Source of the DNA: Patescibacteria group bacterium | GTDB taxonomy: Bacteria; Patescibacteriota; Minisyncoccia; Moranbacterales; UBA2206 | Direction of reading: 5' to 3' | Assembly (NCBI GenBank): GCA_022709735.1 | Contig: JAKLIG010000002.1 | Location: 65,949-129,948 of the forward strand | DNA: 64,000 bases | Part shown: positions 37,459-47,329 of the stretch, piece by piece | Layout of the letters: every line of letters begins with the position of its first letter | How positions within the stretch are numbered: the stretch's first letter is position 1 | Made by a program: the position numbers and the translations under genes | Notes under the pieces: generated by a model | What the model saw: only the letters and a program-made list of their open reading frames with translations | Told to the model about the DNA's origin: nothing | The model's database searches: none

Positions 37459-38985
37459 GTGTCTTCCAAAGTTTTTTCGGCCGCGACCATAGGCCTCAAA
37501 AGTGAAATTGTCGAAGTAGAAGCCGATACGGTGAGCGCTGGCCTACATCAATTTAATATTGTTGGACTGCCTGACACAGCTGTTAAAGAATCACGAGACC
37601 GCGTGAGTGCGGCAATCAGAAATTCTGGCTTCAAGCCGCCTCATCGGGCTGGTCGGGTTACAATCAATCTCGCTCCGGCTGATCTCAAAAAAGAAGGACC
37701 AATTTATGATCTCCCGATGGCGCTCGGATTTCTTCTGGCCACCGAACAAATCGCTTTTGATTTCAAGGATAAAATATTTTTAGGTGAACTGTCGCTCGAC
37801 GGGAAAGTTAGAGGAGTTAAAGGCGTGCTTCCAATGGCAATTTTAGCCAAAGAAAAAAATATTAAAGAGCTTTATATTCCAAAAGACAATGCCAAGGAGG
37901 CCTCTGTTATCGAAGGCGTGGAAATTTTTCCAGTGTCAACTTTAATTGAACTTATTGAACATTTAATCGGGGAAAACAAAATTATTCCAGCCGAAAAAAT
38001 AAATCTGGAAGAACTTTTTTCTTATGAAGATTATCTGGTGGATATGTCGCATGTTCGCGGGCAAGAACATGCCAAACGCGCACTGGAAATTGCCGCCGCG
38101 GGTGGGCACAATGTAATTTTGAACGGTCCACCTGGATCAGGAAAAACACTTCTCGCCAAAACTATGGCCTCAATTTTGCCAAAACTAACTGTCGCGGAAG
38201 CGCTGGAAGTTACTAAAATATTTTCTATTGCCGGGCAACTTCCGAGAAATAACGCGCTCATTACCAAGCGGCAATTCCGCTCACCTCATCATAGCGCCTC
38301 GGCAGTTTCTTTGGTTGGCGGTGGAACATTCCCGCGTCCGGGAGAAATCAGTCTTTCTCATCGAGGAGTTTTATTTTTAGATGAATTTCCCGAATTTTCG
38401 CGATCAGTTCTGGAAAATCTTCGTCAACCTTTGGAAGACGGAATCATTACAGTTTCTCGCGCTCAAGGCACAATGGAATTTCCAGCGCGTTTCACCCTAG
38501 TCGCTGCGATGAATCCGTGCCCCTGCGGAAATGCCACTGATCCAGAAAAAACTTGCGTTTGTTCGCCGGCTTCGATTATAAAATACCAGCGAAAAATTTC
38601 TGGGCCGATTATGGATCGAATTGATCTCCATGTCGAAGTACCGCGCATTAAATTTGAAAAACTTTCCGAAGATCCTATCGGAGAAAAATCAGCTGAAATC
38701 CGAATTCGCGTCGAAAAAGCTCGAAGCATTCAAAAAGAAAGATTTCTAAATTCAAAAACTATTTCGAACAGCGAAATGGGCAGCGAACAAATCAAAACTT
38801 TTTGCAAATTAACACCTGAATCACTAGAACTTATGCGCATGGCTGTTTCCAATTTTCATTTGAGCGCGAGAGCCTATTATCGCATCATTAAAGTTGCCAG
38901 AACCATCGCTGATTTAGAAGAACTTGAAAAAATCTCTCCCGCCCACATCGCCGAAGCTTTGCAATATCGCTTTAAGGCAGAATAA
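37459..38985 (+). CDS. YifB/ComM-family Mg-chelatase-like AAA+ ATPase
   Basis: VRGQEHAKRALEIAAAGGHNVILNGPPGSGKTLLAKTMASILP. C-terminal Mg-chelatase subunit ChlI-like domain. GTG start. Confidence 0.85.
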   Translation: MSSKVFSAATIGLKSEIVEVEADTVSAGLHQFNIVGLPDTAVKESRDRVSAAIRNSGFKPPHRAGRVTINLAPADLKKEGPIYDLPMALGFLLATEQIAFDFKDKIFLGELSLDGKVRGVKGVLPMAILAKEKNIKELYIPKDNAKEASVIEGVEIFPVSTLIELIEHLIGENKIIPAEKINLEELFSYEDYLVDMSHVRGQEHAKRALEIAAAGGHNVILNGPPGSGKTLLAKTMASILPKLTVAEALEVTKIFSIAGQLPRNNALITKRQFRSPHHSASAVSLVGGGTFPRPGEISLSHRGVLFLDEFPEFSRSVLENLRQPLEDGIITVSRAQGTMEFPARFTLVAAMNPCPCGNATDPEKTCVCSPASIIKYQRKISGPIMDRIDLHVEVPRIKFEKLSEDPIGEKSAEIRIRVEKARSIQKERFLNSKTISNSEMGSEQIKTFCKLTPESLELMRMAVSNFHLSARAYYRIIKVARTIADLEELEKISPAHIAEALQYRFKAE

Positions 38986-39064
38986 AATACTTCCATGTTG
39001 AACGCATATATGCGTTCAATACAGGTTTTACATTTTCTCTTTTCCAGTTTAGAATTGATTAAAG

Positions 39065-40054
39065 ATGAACAAGAAAAAATTCAAGAAAATATTTTACTTT
39101 CTTCTCCTTTTTACGCTTATTTTTGGCGCATATAAGCTATTTTTATTTTTCAAAAATAAACGAGACTTTTCCGAAAATTCAGAATATAGAAAAACGATTA
39201 TTTTGAATGATAACGGGCTTATTTTCGAAACTTCGACCTCAGCCGGTTTAGTTTCAGAATTTTTGAAAGACAAAAATATAAACTTAGGGGAACATGACAA
39301 GATTATTCCAGAACTTGATTCCAAGATTTTTTCCGGATCAAATATTGAAATTCAAAGAGCCGCAAAAATAAAAATTGAAGTTGATGGCAAAAAAATTGAA
39401 GGCTATGCGATTTCAAAAAATGTCGGTAAAGCTTTGATAGAAAATAATATCACATTAACTCGTTTGGATAAAACTGAACCGCGCTTAAGTTATCCAGTAG
39501 AAAATAATTCCACCATAATTGTGACAAGAATAAACATTGAAGAAAAAATTGAGAAGGAAGAAATTGATTTTAAGATTACCGCTAAAAATGATTCGAAGCT
39601 CGGCTGGCGAGAGAAAAAAGTTGAACAAAAAGGAGAAAAAGGGATAAAGGAAATTAAATATGAAATAACTTACAAGAACGGCAAAGAAATTTCTCGTAAA
39701 GTTTTAGAAAAAAATATAACCAAGGAGCCCATTGCAGAAATTATTGTAAAAGGCACCTATGTCAAACTTGGCAAAACTCACACCGGGCTTGGTACTTGGT
39801 ATAAACAACCAGAGCATCTTTTTATTGGAAGCGAATCCGGAGAAGGCCTTTATGCCGCCAATCCTTGGCTTCCAAAAGGAAGTTATGTTAAGGTAACTAA
39901 TAAAGACAATGGAAAAACAGTAATCGTACGAATAAATGACCGCGGACCGTTCGGACCAAATCGTATTATTGATCTTCACACTGTGGCTTTCCAAAAAATC
40001 GCTTCCCTCGGCGCAGGAGTGATCAATGTGAAGATGGAAGAAATCCTAAATTAA
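39065..40054 (+). CDS. RlpA-like double-psi beta-barrel protein with N-terminal TM anchor and G5-like middle region
   Basis: C-terminal GLYAANPWLPKGSYVKVTNKDNGKTVIVRINDRGPFGPNRIIDL matches the RlpA/DPBB motif. Confidence 0.6.
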   Translation: MNKKKFKKIFYFLLLFTLIFGAYKLFLFFKNKRDFSENSEYRKTIILNDNGLIFETSTSAGLVSEFLKDKNINLGEHDKIIPELDSKIFSGSNIEIQRAAKIKIEVDGKKIEGYAISKNVGKALIENNITLTRLDKTEPRLSYPVENNSTIIVTRINIEEKIEKEEIDFKITAKNDSKLGWREKKVEQKGEKGIKEIKYEITYKNGKEISRKVLEKNITKEPIAEIIVKGTYVKLGKTHTGLGTWYKQPEHLFIGSESGEGLYAANPWLPKGSYVKVTNKDNGKTVIVRINDRGPFGPNRIIDLHTVAFQKIASLGAGVINVKMEEILN

Positions 40055-40058
40055 ATTT

Positions 40059-40961
40059 ATGCAACCAAAAAAATCGTTAGGACAAAATTTTCTAAGAGAT
40101 AAGAATGTTTTGGAAAAAATTATTGCATCCGCTGATTTGAAATCGGATGATTTTGTGATTGAAATCGGACCGGGGGAGGGAGTCTTAACAGAAGAATTAG
40201 CAAAACACGCTGGAAAAGTTTTAGCGGTTGAGATTGATAAAACTTTGGCCGATAAATTAAAAGAAAAATATAAAAATAACAAAAAAATAGAAATTTTAAA
40301 TGATGATATTTTGAAAATAAATCTGCCGGAAATACTCCGTCATTCTGAGCGGAGCGAAGCGAAGTCGAAGAATCTGCTAGATAATATTACTAGTAATAAT
40401 AACCGAAAGATCCTTCGACTTCGTCCGAGTACGGACTTCGCTCAGGATGACGATATTAATTATAAGCTAATTGCCAACATCCCATATTACATCACTTCTC
40501 CAATCATCCAATTATTTTTAGAAACAAAATATCCGCCAAGCGTTATGATTTTGATGGTGCAAAAAGAAGTCGCGCAGAGGATTTGCGCAAACCCCGGACA
40601 GATGAGCATTCTCGCTGTGAGCGTGCAATATTATTCCAAGCCGGAATTATTATTTTATGTCGACAAAAAAAGTTTTTATCCGGTGCCGGAAGTGGACAGC
40701 GCGGTGATAAAAATTTCAGGAATCAGGAATTATGAATCAGGAATTATGAATCAGGAAGAAACAAAAAAATTCTTTAGAATTGTCAAGGCTGGATTTTCCG
40801 CCAAACGAAAAATGCTTCTCAATAATTTGTCCAGCAGTTTACATCTCGAAAAAAAACAAGTTGAAGAAAAATTAAAAAAAGTTGGAATATCTCCGGCCTC
40901 AAGAGCGCAAGAACTCTCCATGGAAGATTGGAAAAATATAGCGACTCTAATTTACGAATGA
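40059..40961 (+). CDS. rsmA: 16S rRNA (adenine1518/1519-N6)-dimethyltransferase, with two in-frame repeat insertions
   Basis: SLGQNFLRDKNVLEKII...IEIGPGEGVLTEEL SAM-binding N-terminus. Confidence 0.9.
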   Translation: MQPKKSLGQNFLRDKNVLEKIIASADLKSDDFVIEIGPGEGVLTEELAKHAGKVLAVEIDKTLADKLKEKYKNNKKIEILNDDILKINLPEILRHSERSEAKSKNLLDNITSNNNRKILRLRPSTDFAQDDDINYKLIANIPYYITSPIIQLFLETKYPPSVMILMVQKEVAQRICANPGQMSILAVSVQYYSKPELLFYVDKKSFYPVPEVDSAVIKISGIRNYESGIMNQEETKKFFRIVKAGFSAKRKMLLNNLSSSLHLEKKQVEEKLKKVGISPASRAQELSMEDWKNIATLIYE

Positions 40962-41030
40962 ACACTCGAATGATTCGAATAAATTCGAGACATTCGGGTG
41001 ATGATTCGAGTTATTCGAGTCGCCCTAGAA
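40962..41030. repeat. TTCGAG-rich dispersed repeat (copy 2; copy 1 at 33905-33965)
   Basis: Shared ATTCGAGTTATTCGAGTCGC / TTCGAATnATTCGAG blocks. Confidence 0.55.
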
Positions 41031-42653
41031 AAACAAAACCTTCACCATAACCAAACCATAAACAAAAATAATTCCCAAAACCGGCCAGAAAATTTGGCGC
41101 GGTTTTATTTTCTCCGAAACTACTGTTAAAAATGCCGCCCCTCCAAAAAACATCGCATACCAAAAAAGTTTCAACTCATTAAGCAGAAAAACGCTTAAAA
41201 CAAAGGAAATAAATAAGCCGGACGCTACAATCGTCCGCGCTTTTTTTTCTCCGAAAATAACTGGAATTGTCCAAACATCGTCCTTTTTGTCGCCAGCGAT
41301 ATCCTTGAAATCTTTGATTGGAAGTGAAAGCGTTCCAGCGATAAGCATAAGGAAAATAATTCGGCTAGAAAGAGTATGGATGGTTTGATTTTCAGAAATT
41401 AAAATATAACCTAAAAATAAAACCATAAGCGACGCAAGAGAACTTATGAATGTTGCAATGATTGGAAATCTTTTCAGGCGAAATGGCTCGGCGGAATATA
41501 TCCAAGCAATCACTTGATAAACAACAAGGAGCGAAGCGAAAGAAAAACCAATTGTGAGCCCGCCTACAATCGACAAAGAAAAACAAGCCAGTCCGAAATG
41601 CGCATAAGATTCCCGCGTAAAAATTTCTTGCTGAAGCGGGCGTTCCGGATTAGAAATACGATCTATTTCAAAATCATTGAGATCATTTACCACGACTGAT
41701 GCTTTCCAAGAAAGCCAAACACTAATAAGAAGCACCACGGCAGAAAGAATAGAAAATAAATCCAGGCGAAGATTTTGCGGATAATTCAAAAATCCGATTG
41801 CTATTCCAATGAAAAAAAGTCCGCTGTGATAGAAAATTTGCGGAAAACGGAAATTCTTGAGAACTGCGATAAATTTTTTTGAGTCAATTCGCCAAAATAA
41901 AAAAGAAAGCAAAAAAATCAAAAGAATAAAATAAATAAAATCCAAACGATAGGCCAGAGCCAGCGCGAAGTGGAGCGCCGAAAAATCAATTCCCATCGTT
42001 CGGCTCATCCCGCCGAAAAATTGAGCAATTTGATAAGCTTGAATTTCCGAAATTTTATTTTGCCCGGAAAAAAAAGAAAAAGTGTAAAAAAACAGCGATG
42101 GGAAAGCGCCAAGAAAAAACAAAATAGAATAAACCGCCAAAGCAGTAAAAATTGTCTTTAGAATTTTTTTAGTTTTTATCCAAACAACTGCCGAAAGCAA
42201 AAAAATAACTGTCAAAAAAATAATTTTTGTTCCAAAATAAACAATCGCGCTTGGAAGATGGCCAAAAACACTGCTATATTGGAGCCATAAATCATGCGGA
42301 GCGCTGAAAAGATAAAAACTCCAGTAAATTTCCCCACCGGTCTTCGCCATATCGATAAGCGGAGGAAAAAGGACAAAAATCAAGGAAAAAATCATAATCC
42401 CGGACAATTTTTCGGGGTTAATTTTCAAAATAAGGCTTAAAAAAAGCCAAAATAGGACTATTACCAGTGAAAAAAAGTAGAAATTATGAATATATTCCAA
42501 TATTGCCTCATAAAAAGAAAGTGGCTTAGATAAAGCTAAAAACTGCTCAATAAAGCATCTTATAAAAATAATTCCCAGAAAAGCCATAATCCAAACCAAA
42601 AGACTGGCCTTTTTCTCAAATAAATTATTGAAAAGTTTTTGTATTTTATCCAT
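41025..42653 (-). CDS. fusion membrane protein: N-terminal polytopic domain plus C-terminal UbiA-family prenyltransferase domain
   Basis: C-terminal domain carries the first Asp-rich motif NDLNDFEIDRISNPERP (NDxxDxxxD) and the second DFKDIAGDKKDDVWTIPV. Confidence 0.55.
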   Translation of the reverse strand: MDKIQKLFNNLFEKKASLLVWIMAFLGIIFIRCFIEQFLALSKPLSFYEAILEYIHNFYFFSLVIVLFWLFLSLILKINPEKLSGIMIFSLIFVLFPPLIDMAKTGGEIYWSFYLFSAPHDLWLQYSSVFGHLPSAIVYFGTKIIFLTVIFLLSAVVWIKTKKILKTIFTALAVYSILFFLGAFPSLFFYTFSFFSGQNKISEIQAYQIAQFFGGMSRTMGIDFSALHFALALAYRLDFIYFILLIFLLSFLFWRIDSKKFIAVLKNFRFPQIFYHSGLFFIGIAIGFLNYPQNLRLDLFSILSAVVLLISVWLSWKASVVVNDLNDFEIDRISNPERPLQQEIFTRESYAHFGLACFSLSIVGGLTIGFSFASLLVVYQVIAWIYSAEPFRLKRFPIIATFISSLASLMVLFLGYILISENQTIHTLSSRIIFLMLIAGTLSLPIKDFKDIAGDKKDDVWTIPVIFGEKKARTIVASGLFISFVLSVFLLNELKLFWYAMFFGGAAFLTVVSEKIKPRQIFWPVLGIIFVYGLVMVKVLFF

Positions 42654-42692
42654 AACTTAAATTTAGCAAAAACTCGAAAGAAAGTCTATCTC

Positions 42693-42746
42693 CATTTCCA
42701 AAGCCGAGCTTTAGTGAAAAACCCAAACGGTTCAAAAAGCTCGGCT
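42693..42746. repeat. hairpin repeat AAAGCCGAGCTTTAG-N-TTCAAAAAGCTCGGCTTT (copy 2)
   Basis: See 22862-22914. Confidence 0.7.
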
Positions 42747-42841
42747 TTAAATAAACTCTTTGCAAAATAATATATCCACTTATCCACAGCCCTAATTTTG
42801 TTTTTAAAAAAATACTTTTTGTGGTATAATTTCAATGCAAT

Positions 42842-43930
42842 ATGAAATTAAAAAATCTTAATACAACTCTGCTTATCTTGGCGGGCTTATTGTGTTTAAG
42901 CTTGGCTTTTTTTGCAATGGCTGAGCAGAATTCTAGCGGAGCAAAAAACATTTTTTTAGATTCCGATCAAGACGGTCTGGCCGATACAGAAGAAAAAGCT
43001 TATGGCACTAATCCAAAAAATTCTGACACGGATGGCGATGGCTATTCTGACGGCGCTGAAGTAAAAGCCGGCTATAACCCTTTGAAAAAAGCGCCTGGAG
43101 ACAAATTATCCGAAACTCCCAAACAGGAAGTCAAGGGAGAAAGTATAACAGCTAAAATTAGCGGGGAAAATGATAAAAAAACGACAACAGATACCACAGC
43201 AAAGGAAGCTTCCGTCTCTGGAGAAAAAGAAAATTTAACTGAAAAAGTTGCTGGAAAAATATCTGCCCTCGCTAACCAAAAAGATCCAGCTAACCAAACA
43301 ATTGACATGGAAGATATTCAGGGAATATTAGATTCAATTATGAGCGGAGAAGATTTCAAAGATGAACTTCCTAAAGTTTCCAAGGATGATATAAAAATTT
43401 TGAAACAAAACTATGGAAATTTAAGCGAAAAAAAAGCCAAGGAAAAAAAGAAAGAAGACGCCATCAATTATTCCGTCGCCGTCCTTTATATTTTTACCAG
43501 CAATTCTCCAGAACCTCTTACTTCCTCCACTGATGCTATTTCTATTCTCCAAAAAACAATCAAACAAATTTCTTCCTCTTTCAACTCTGGCAATCCAGAA
43601 AGTCTGAATGATCTAAGCAATAGTGGGGAAAAAATTTATGAACAGCTAAAAGAAGTCGTTGTTCCAGAAGATATGACAGACACACAAATAAAGGCCTTGC
43701 AATATGCTCTTTATGCCCAAGATCTAAAAAATATAGTTAAATTAGATCAAGCAGATCCCCTCGCTAGCCTGTCCAATTATTCAAAAATTGCAAATTATGT
43801 TAAGAGCTTAAATGCTTTTTATGATGAAATAAAAAGCAAGCTTGACGACTACGGCATAGAATATAATGAAGTTCAAAGCAAGCTAGAAGATCACGGGATT
43901 AAGGCAGATATTTTTGGAACCCAAGAATAA
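42842..43930 (+). CDS. secreted protein with thrombospondin-type-3-like Ca-binding repeats (first gene of T4SS-like cluster)
   Basis: Signal peptide. DSDQDGLADTEE...NSDTDGDGYSDGAEVKAGYNP D-x-D-x-D-G repeats. Confidence 0.45.
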   Translation: MKLKNLNTTLLILAGLLCLSLAFFAMAEQNSSGAKNIFLDSDQDGLADTEEKAYGTNPKNSDTDGDGYSDGAEVKAGYNPLKKAPGDKLSETPKQEVKGESITAKISGENDKKTTTDTTAKEASVSGEKENLTEKVAGKISALANQKDPANQTIDMEDIQGILDSIMSGEDFKDELPKVSKDDIKILKQNYGNLSEKKAKEKKKEDAINYSVAVLYIFTSNSPEPLTSSTDAISILQKTIKQISSSFNSGNPESLNDLSNSGEKIYEQLKEVVVPEDMTDTQIKALQYALYAQDLKNIVKLDQADPLASLSNYSKIANYVKSLNAFYDEIKSKLDDYGIEYNEVQSKLEDHGIKADIFGTQE

Positions 43931-44876
43931 AAATCCTTATATGAATTCCAATAAAAACAAAACCTATTTTTTGAAAAAAATATTATTTACAAGCTTTTTG
44001 GTTTTGTTTTTTTGCTTCTGGCAAGCACCGAAAGCTCAAGCAACTGTTTGGCCGGGAGTTGACCCAGTTATCAAACAAGGGCTGGAAGTGATAACAAACT
44101 TAATCCAAGATTTGATGGTGAGTGTCATAAAACAAGCAGCCATTCAATCAATTGTTCAATTAGTCGACTCTTCAGTTGGACGCGGAGCAGGAGGCCAGCC
44201 ATCCTTTATCACTAATTGGGATGATTTTTTAATCGGCCAACCAGAAAACAATACTAATATTTATATGAATGATTATATTAGTCGAATGACTCGTGGAAGA
44301 AATTCTTATTCCGGATATTCCACAGAGGGTTTTACCGGCCCAGCAAATTATGCTGCTGATTTAGGACAATTAGTCAACTCCTTAGGTGCTTCTAATGCTC
44401 CGGAGATGTCTTACGAAGGCGACCCTTCGCAAATGTTTGATGAGGGAAATTTCAAAAATATGGAACTTTATCTTTCGGGAGTTAATAATCCCTGGGCATT
44501 CAACATAGCTTATGAAAACGAACAGCAAAAAAAATTAGAAGAAGAAAAATATATCGCCCAAACACAAGCAATCGCTTATCAAGGATTTCGCGGAACACCG
44601 GGAGAACTGCCAGGTACTGTCACTAAGCCTGGAATCTTAATCAAGGAAAATGTAGCTAATACAGAAAATTTGCCAAATCTCACCCTGGCAAATGCCGGGA
44701 GTTTGCCAGAAATGATAGTTGCAGCCTTGGTCAATCAGATGGTCAGCCGTTCCATCACTGGTTATTCAAGCGTTCAAAGATCCACATCCAGATCAGCTGC
44801 TTCAGAAAATAGATATAATTCTAGCATTAATAGTTCCATTGATTCTCAAGGACCGGAAGCAAGATTCGGAAACTAA
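43914..44876 (+). CDS. secreted/membrane-anchored hypothetical protein
   Basis: N-terminal hydrophobic signal anchor (ILFTSFLVLFFCFWQAPKAQA). Confidence 0.4.
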   Translation: MEPKNKNPYMNSNKNKTYFLKKILFTSFLVLFFCFWQAPKAQATVWPGVDPVIKQGLEVITNLIQDLMVSVIKQAAIQSIVQLVDSSVGRGAGGQPSFITNWDDFLIGQPENNTNIYMNDYISRMTRGRNSYSGYSTEGFTGPANYAADLGQLVNSLGASNAPEMSYEGDPSQMFDEGNFKNMELYLSGVNNPWAFNIAYENEQQKKLEEEKYIAQTQAIAYQGFRGTPGELPGTVTKPGILIKENVANTENLPNLTLANAGSLPEMIVAALVNQMVSRSITGYSSVQRSTSRSAASENRYNSSINSSIDSQGPEARFGN

Positions 44877-44912
44877 ACTAGAAGTAAATTTCAAATTGAA
44901 AATTTCTAAATA

Positions 44913-47300
44913 ATGAAACAAAAATCCATAACAACTAAATTTATTCTCATCGCTATTTTTATCTTAGCGCTTGGGTTTGGGCTTGGGAAAATAAACAAGG
45001 CAAAAGCAGCCACTCTGACTGATTGCTCAACTGAAGATCCATCTTTAACTGGATCTTGTTTTTGCATTTCAACATCTCCGTTAGTAACACCCGGAGAAGG
45101 AGATGTTGTGTTAGGTGAATTATCCTGCCAAGATTGTAAAACACAAACAGAAAATCCTATATATGCAAATAAAAATTGCACATGGAGTCATGACAAAGGA
45201 GCTTGGGAACATATTAAATCTTTTGGAACGTCAGGAACAACTAAAGTAATAATGCACTCCAATGATGTTTGCCCTGGAATGGAATTAACAAATCCAAGAA
45301 CATGGCTTAATTGTTTTCTTCTATATATCTTGAAGCTTTGCGGATTTCTTCTTTCTGTTTCTGCTACTCTTTTTGGCTGGTCAATTGAGCCAGGTAATAT
45401 CACTAATGTTCTTAATAATGCAATCATATATAAAACTTGGGCGATGGTCAGAGATGTTCTAAATATTGCTTTTATAATGTTTTTGCTTTTTTCTGCTTTT
45501 GCTACTGTTTTCCAAATTGACAAATATAGCTACAAAAAAATTCTTCTTATGCTTGTCATTATGGCGCTTCTCGTTAATTTCAGTTTTCCCATCACTCGTT
45601 TTATCATCGATGTTTCCAACATGATGATGTATTATTTTATAGATGCCCTCAAAGTTGGTGATAAAGTTGCAGGGGATTGGTTTGTGACTATAGCCAATAA
45701 AGGTCAATTGCAAGCTATAATCAATCCGGAAGATCAGGCTGATACCACTTTTTTGATTATAGCCGTAATTTTTGTCTTCATGCTGGCTGTAACATTTTTG
45801 ACTATTGCCGTGCTTTTTGTAATCCGAACAATTGCTCTGGCAATTTTAATTATTTTTTCTTCTTTGGCTTTTGTCGGCGCTGCTGTCTCTCCACTTTCTT
45901 CCTATGCTTCTGATTGGTGGAAAAAACTTTTTAACTATTCTTTTTTCGGACCAATTATGATTTTTATGCTTTATGTGGCCACAAGTATGACTGGCGCCAT
46001 AAGCACTGTTGGAGGAGAAAGCATGCAAAAAATAGCCGGCGATAACTCAAATAATCCTGATTTTATAAGCAGTCTCTCTTTTTATATCATCCCGATTATC
46101 ATTCTTTGGCTTGGTCTTGGTATTGCGCAATCAATGAGCATCGCCGGCGCTTCGGCCGTTGTTGGAAAAGCACAAAACTTTATGAAAGGCGCTGGAAGCT
46201 GGGCGATCTCACCAGTTACTGGTGGATACAAAGCTGGCAAATGGTTAGCCGGAGCAGGAGTGGGTGCTGCTGAAAGATGGGCGGGTAAAGGTAAAATTAC
46301 AAAATTCCTTATTCCTCGTGTTTACAAAGAAGCTTATAAACAAAGAATGGCCATTAAGGATCGCGAAGCTTTTGAAGGATCAACTGGAGAAATGCATGAT
46401 TTGTTTAATAAATGGCTTAGTCGTGGCAGAAAAGAAAAATCTGACTATAGCTACGCTTCTCATGCAGGAAAAGTTTCCAAATATGTTTCAGAAATTTCTG
46501 CTGTCAACACTAATGCTGATTATGTAATGGAGGAATTAAAAAGAGCTATTGACAATAAACAAGTTGCCAAAGCTGAAGCCGCTCTCAAAATTCTGGCTAA
46601 AGAAAACAATCTCAATGAAATGATGCATGCTATGGGCAAAGCTTACGGTAATCACACACAAACCGCTGGACCGCTCAATATAAAAGCGGCCATACAAGAT
46701 ATATTGTCAAAAGCAGGAGCAGGAACTAATGATGATAAAAATGAATTTATGGCAAAAGAACTTCTAGCACTAAGTGAAACATGTATCAGCGCGGGAAATT
46801 TTGGTCTAGCTGGAATGGCCCGGTTTAAACCTGGAGAAAACGGACAGCCAGGCCAATTTATAATTTCTGATGATGCATATCAAAGATCTATAGCTATAGC
46901 TAAATTCCAAAATCTTGAATCACAAACAAGACAAAAAATGCTTCATCATAATTCTATTTTTGGTGAAAATAAAGACGGCTCTATCGGAGAAATCGATATT
47001 GTCCAACGAGGCATCCTAGAAAGCTTTAATGAAAAAGATGTCGATCAAATGAATCGTTCTCGAGATGACCTCGTAAGACAAATAAAAAGAGCTATCAATG
47101 AAGACAGAATTGATGCAAAAGCTCTGGAAATCTTAAACTCGGTTATGGAAGATAATAAATATTTAAAGGATTATGTTTTTGCAGCGGCTGAAGGAAAAGC
47201 TAAGGCTGAAAGCAAAAAAAATACAAACAAACCTACTCCATCAGGATCGAGCGATTCTGGAAATTATACTTATGATACAAGCAATAGTAGCAGATCTTAG
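44913..47300 (+). CDS. VirB6/TrbL-like polytopic membrane protein with Cys-rich N-terminal ectodomain and long hydrophilic C-terminal domain
   Basis: Signal peptide, ~6 TM helices in the middle, 795 aa. Its position two genes upstream of VirB3/VirB4 fits T4SS VirB6/TrbL organisation. Confidence 0.4.
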   Translation: MKQKSITTKFILIAIFILALGFGLGKINKAKAATLTDCSTEDPSLTGSCFCISTSPLVTPGEGDVVLGELSCQDCKTQTENPIYANKNCTWSHDKGAWEHIKSFGTSGTTKVIMHSNDVCPGMELTNPRTWLNCFLLYILKLCGFLLSVSATLFGWSIEPGNITNVLNNAIIYKTWAMVRDVLNIAFIMFLLFSAFATVFQIDKYSYKKILLMLVIMALLVNFSFPITRFIIDVSNMMMYYFIDALKVGDKVAGDWFVTIANKGQLQAIINPEDQADTTFLIIAVIFVFMLAVTFLTIAVLFVIRTIALAILIIFSSLAFVGAAVSPLSSYASDWWKKLFNYSFFGPIMIFMLYVATSMTGAISTVGGESMQKIAGDNSNNPDFISSLSFYIIPIIILWLGLGIAQSMSIAGASAVVGKAQNFMKGAGSWAISPVTGGYKAGKWLAGAGVGAAERWAGKGKITKFLIPRVYKEAYKQRMAIKDREAFEGSTGEMHDLFNKWLSRGRKEKSDYSYASHAGKVSKYVSEISAVNTNADYVMEELKRAIDNKQVAKAEAALKILAKENNLNEMMHAMGKAYGNHTQTAGPLNIKAAIQDILSKAGAGTNDDKNEFMAKELLALSETCISAGNFGLAGMARFKPGENGQPGQFIISDDAYQRSIAIAKFQNLESQTRQKMLHHNSIFGENKDGSIGEIDIVQRGILESFNEKDVDQMNRSRDDLVRQIKRAINEDRIDAKALEILNSVMEDNKYLKDYVFAAAEGKAKAESKKNTNKPTPSGSSDSGNYTYDTSNSSRS

Positions 47301-47329
47301 TTAAAGAAAGTATTTAAAAAAATAATTCA

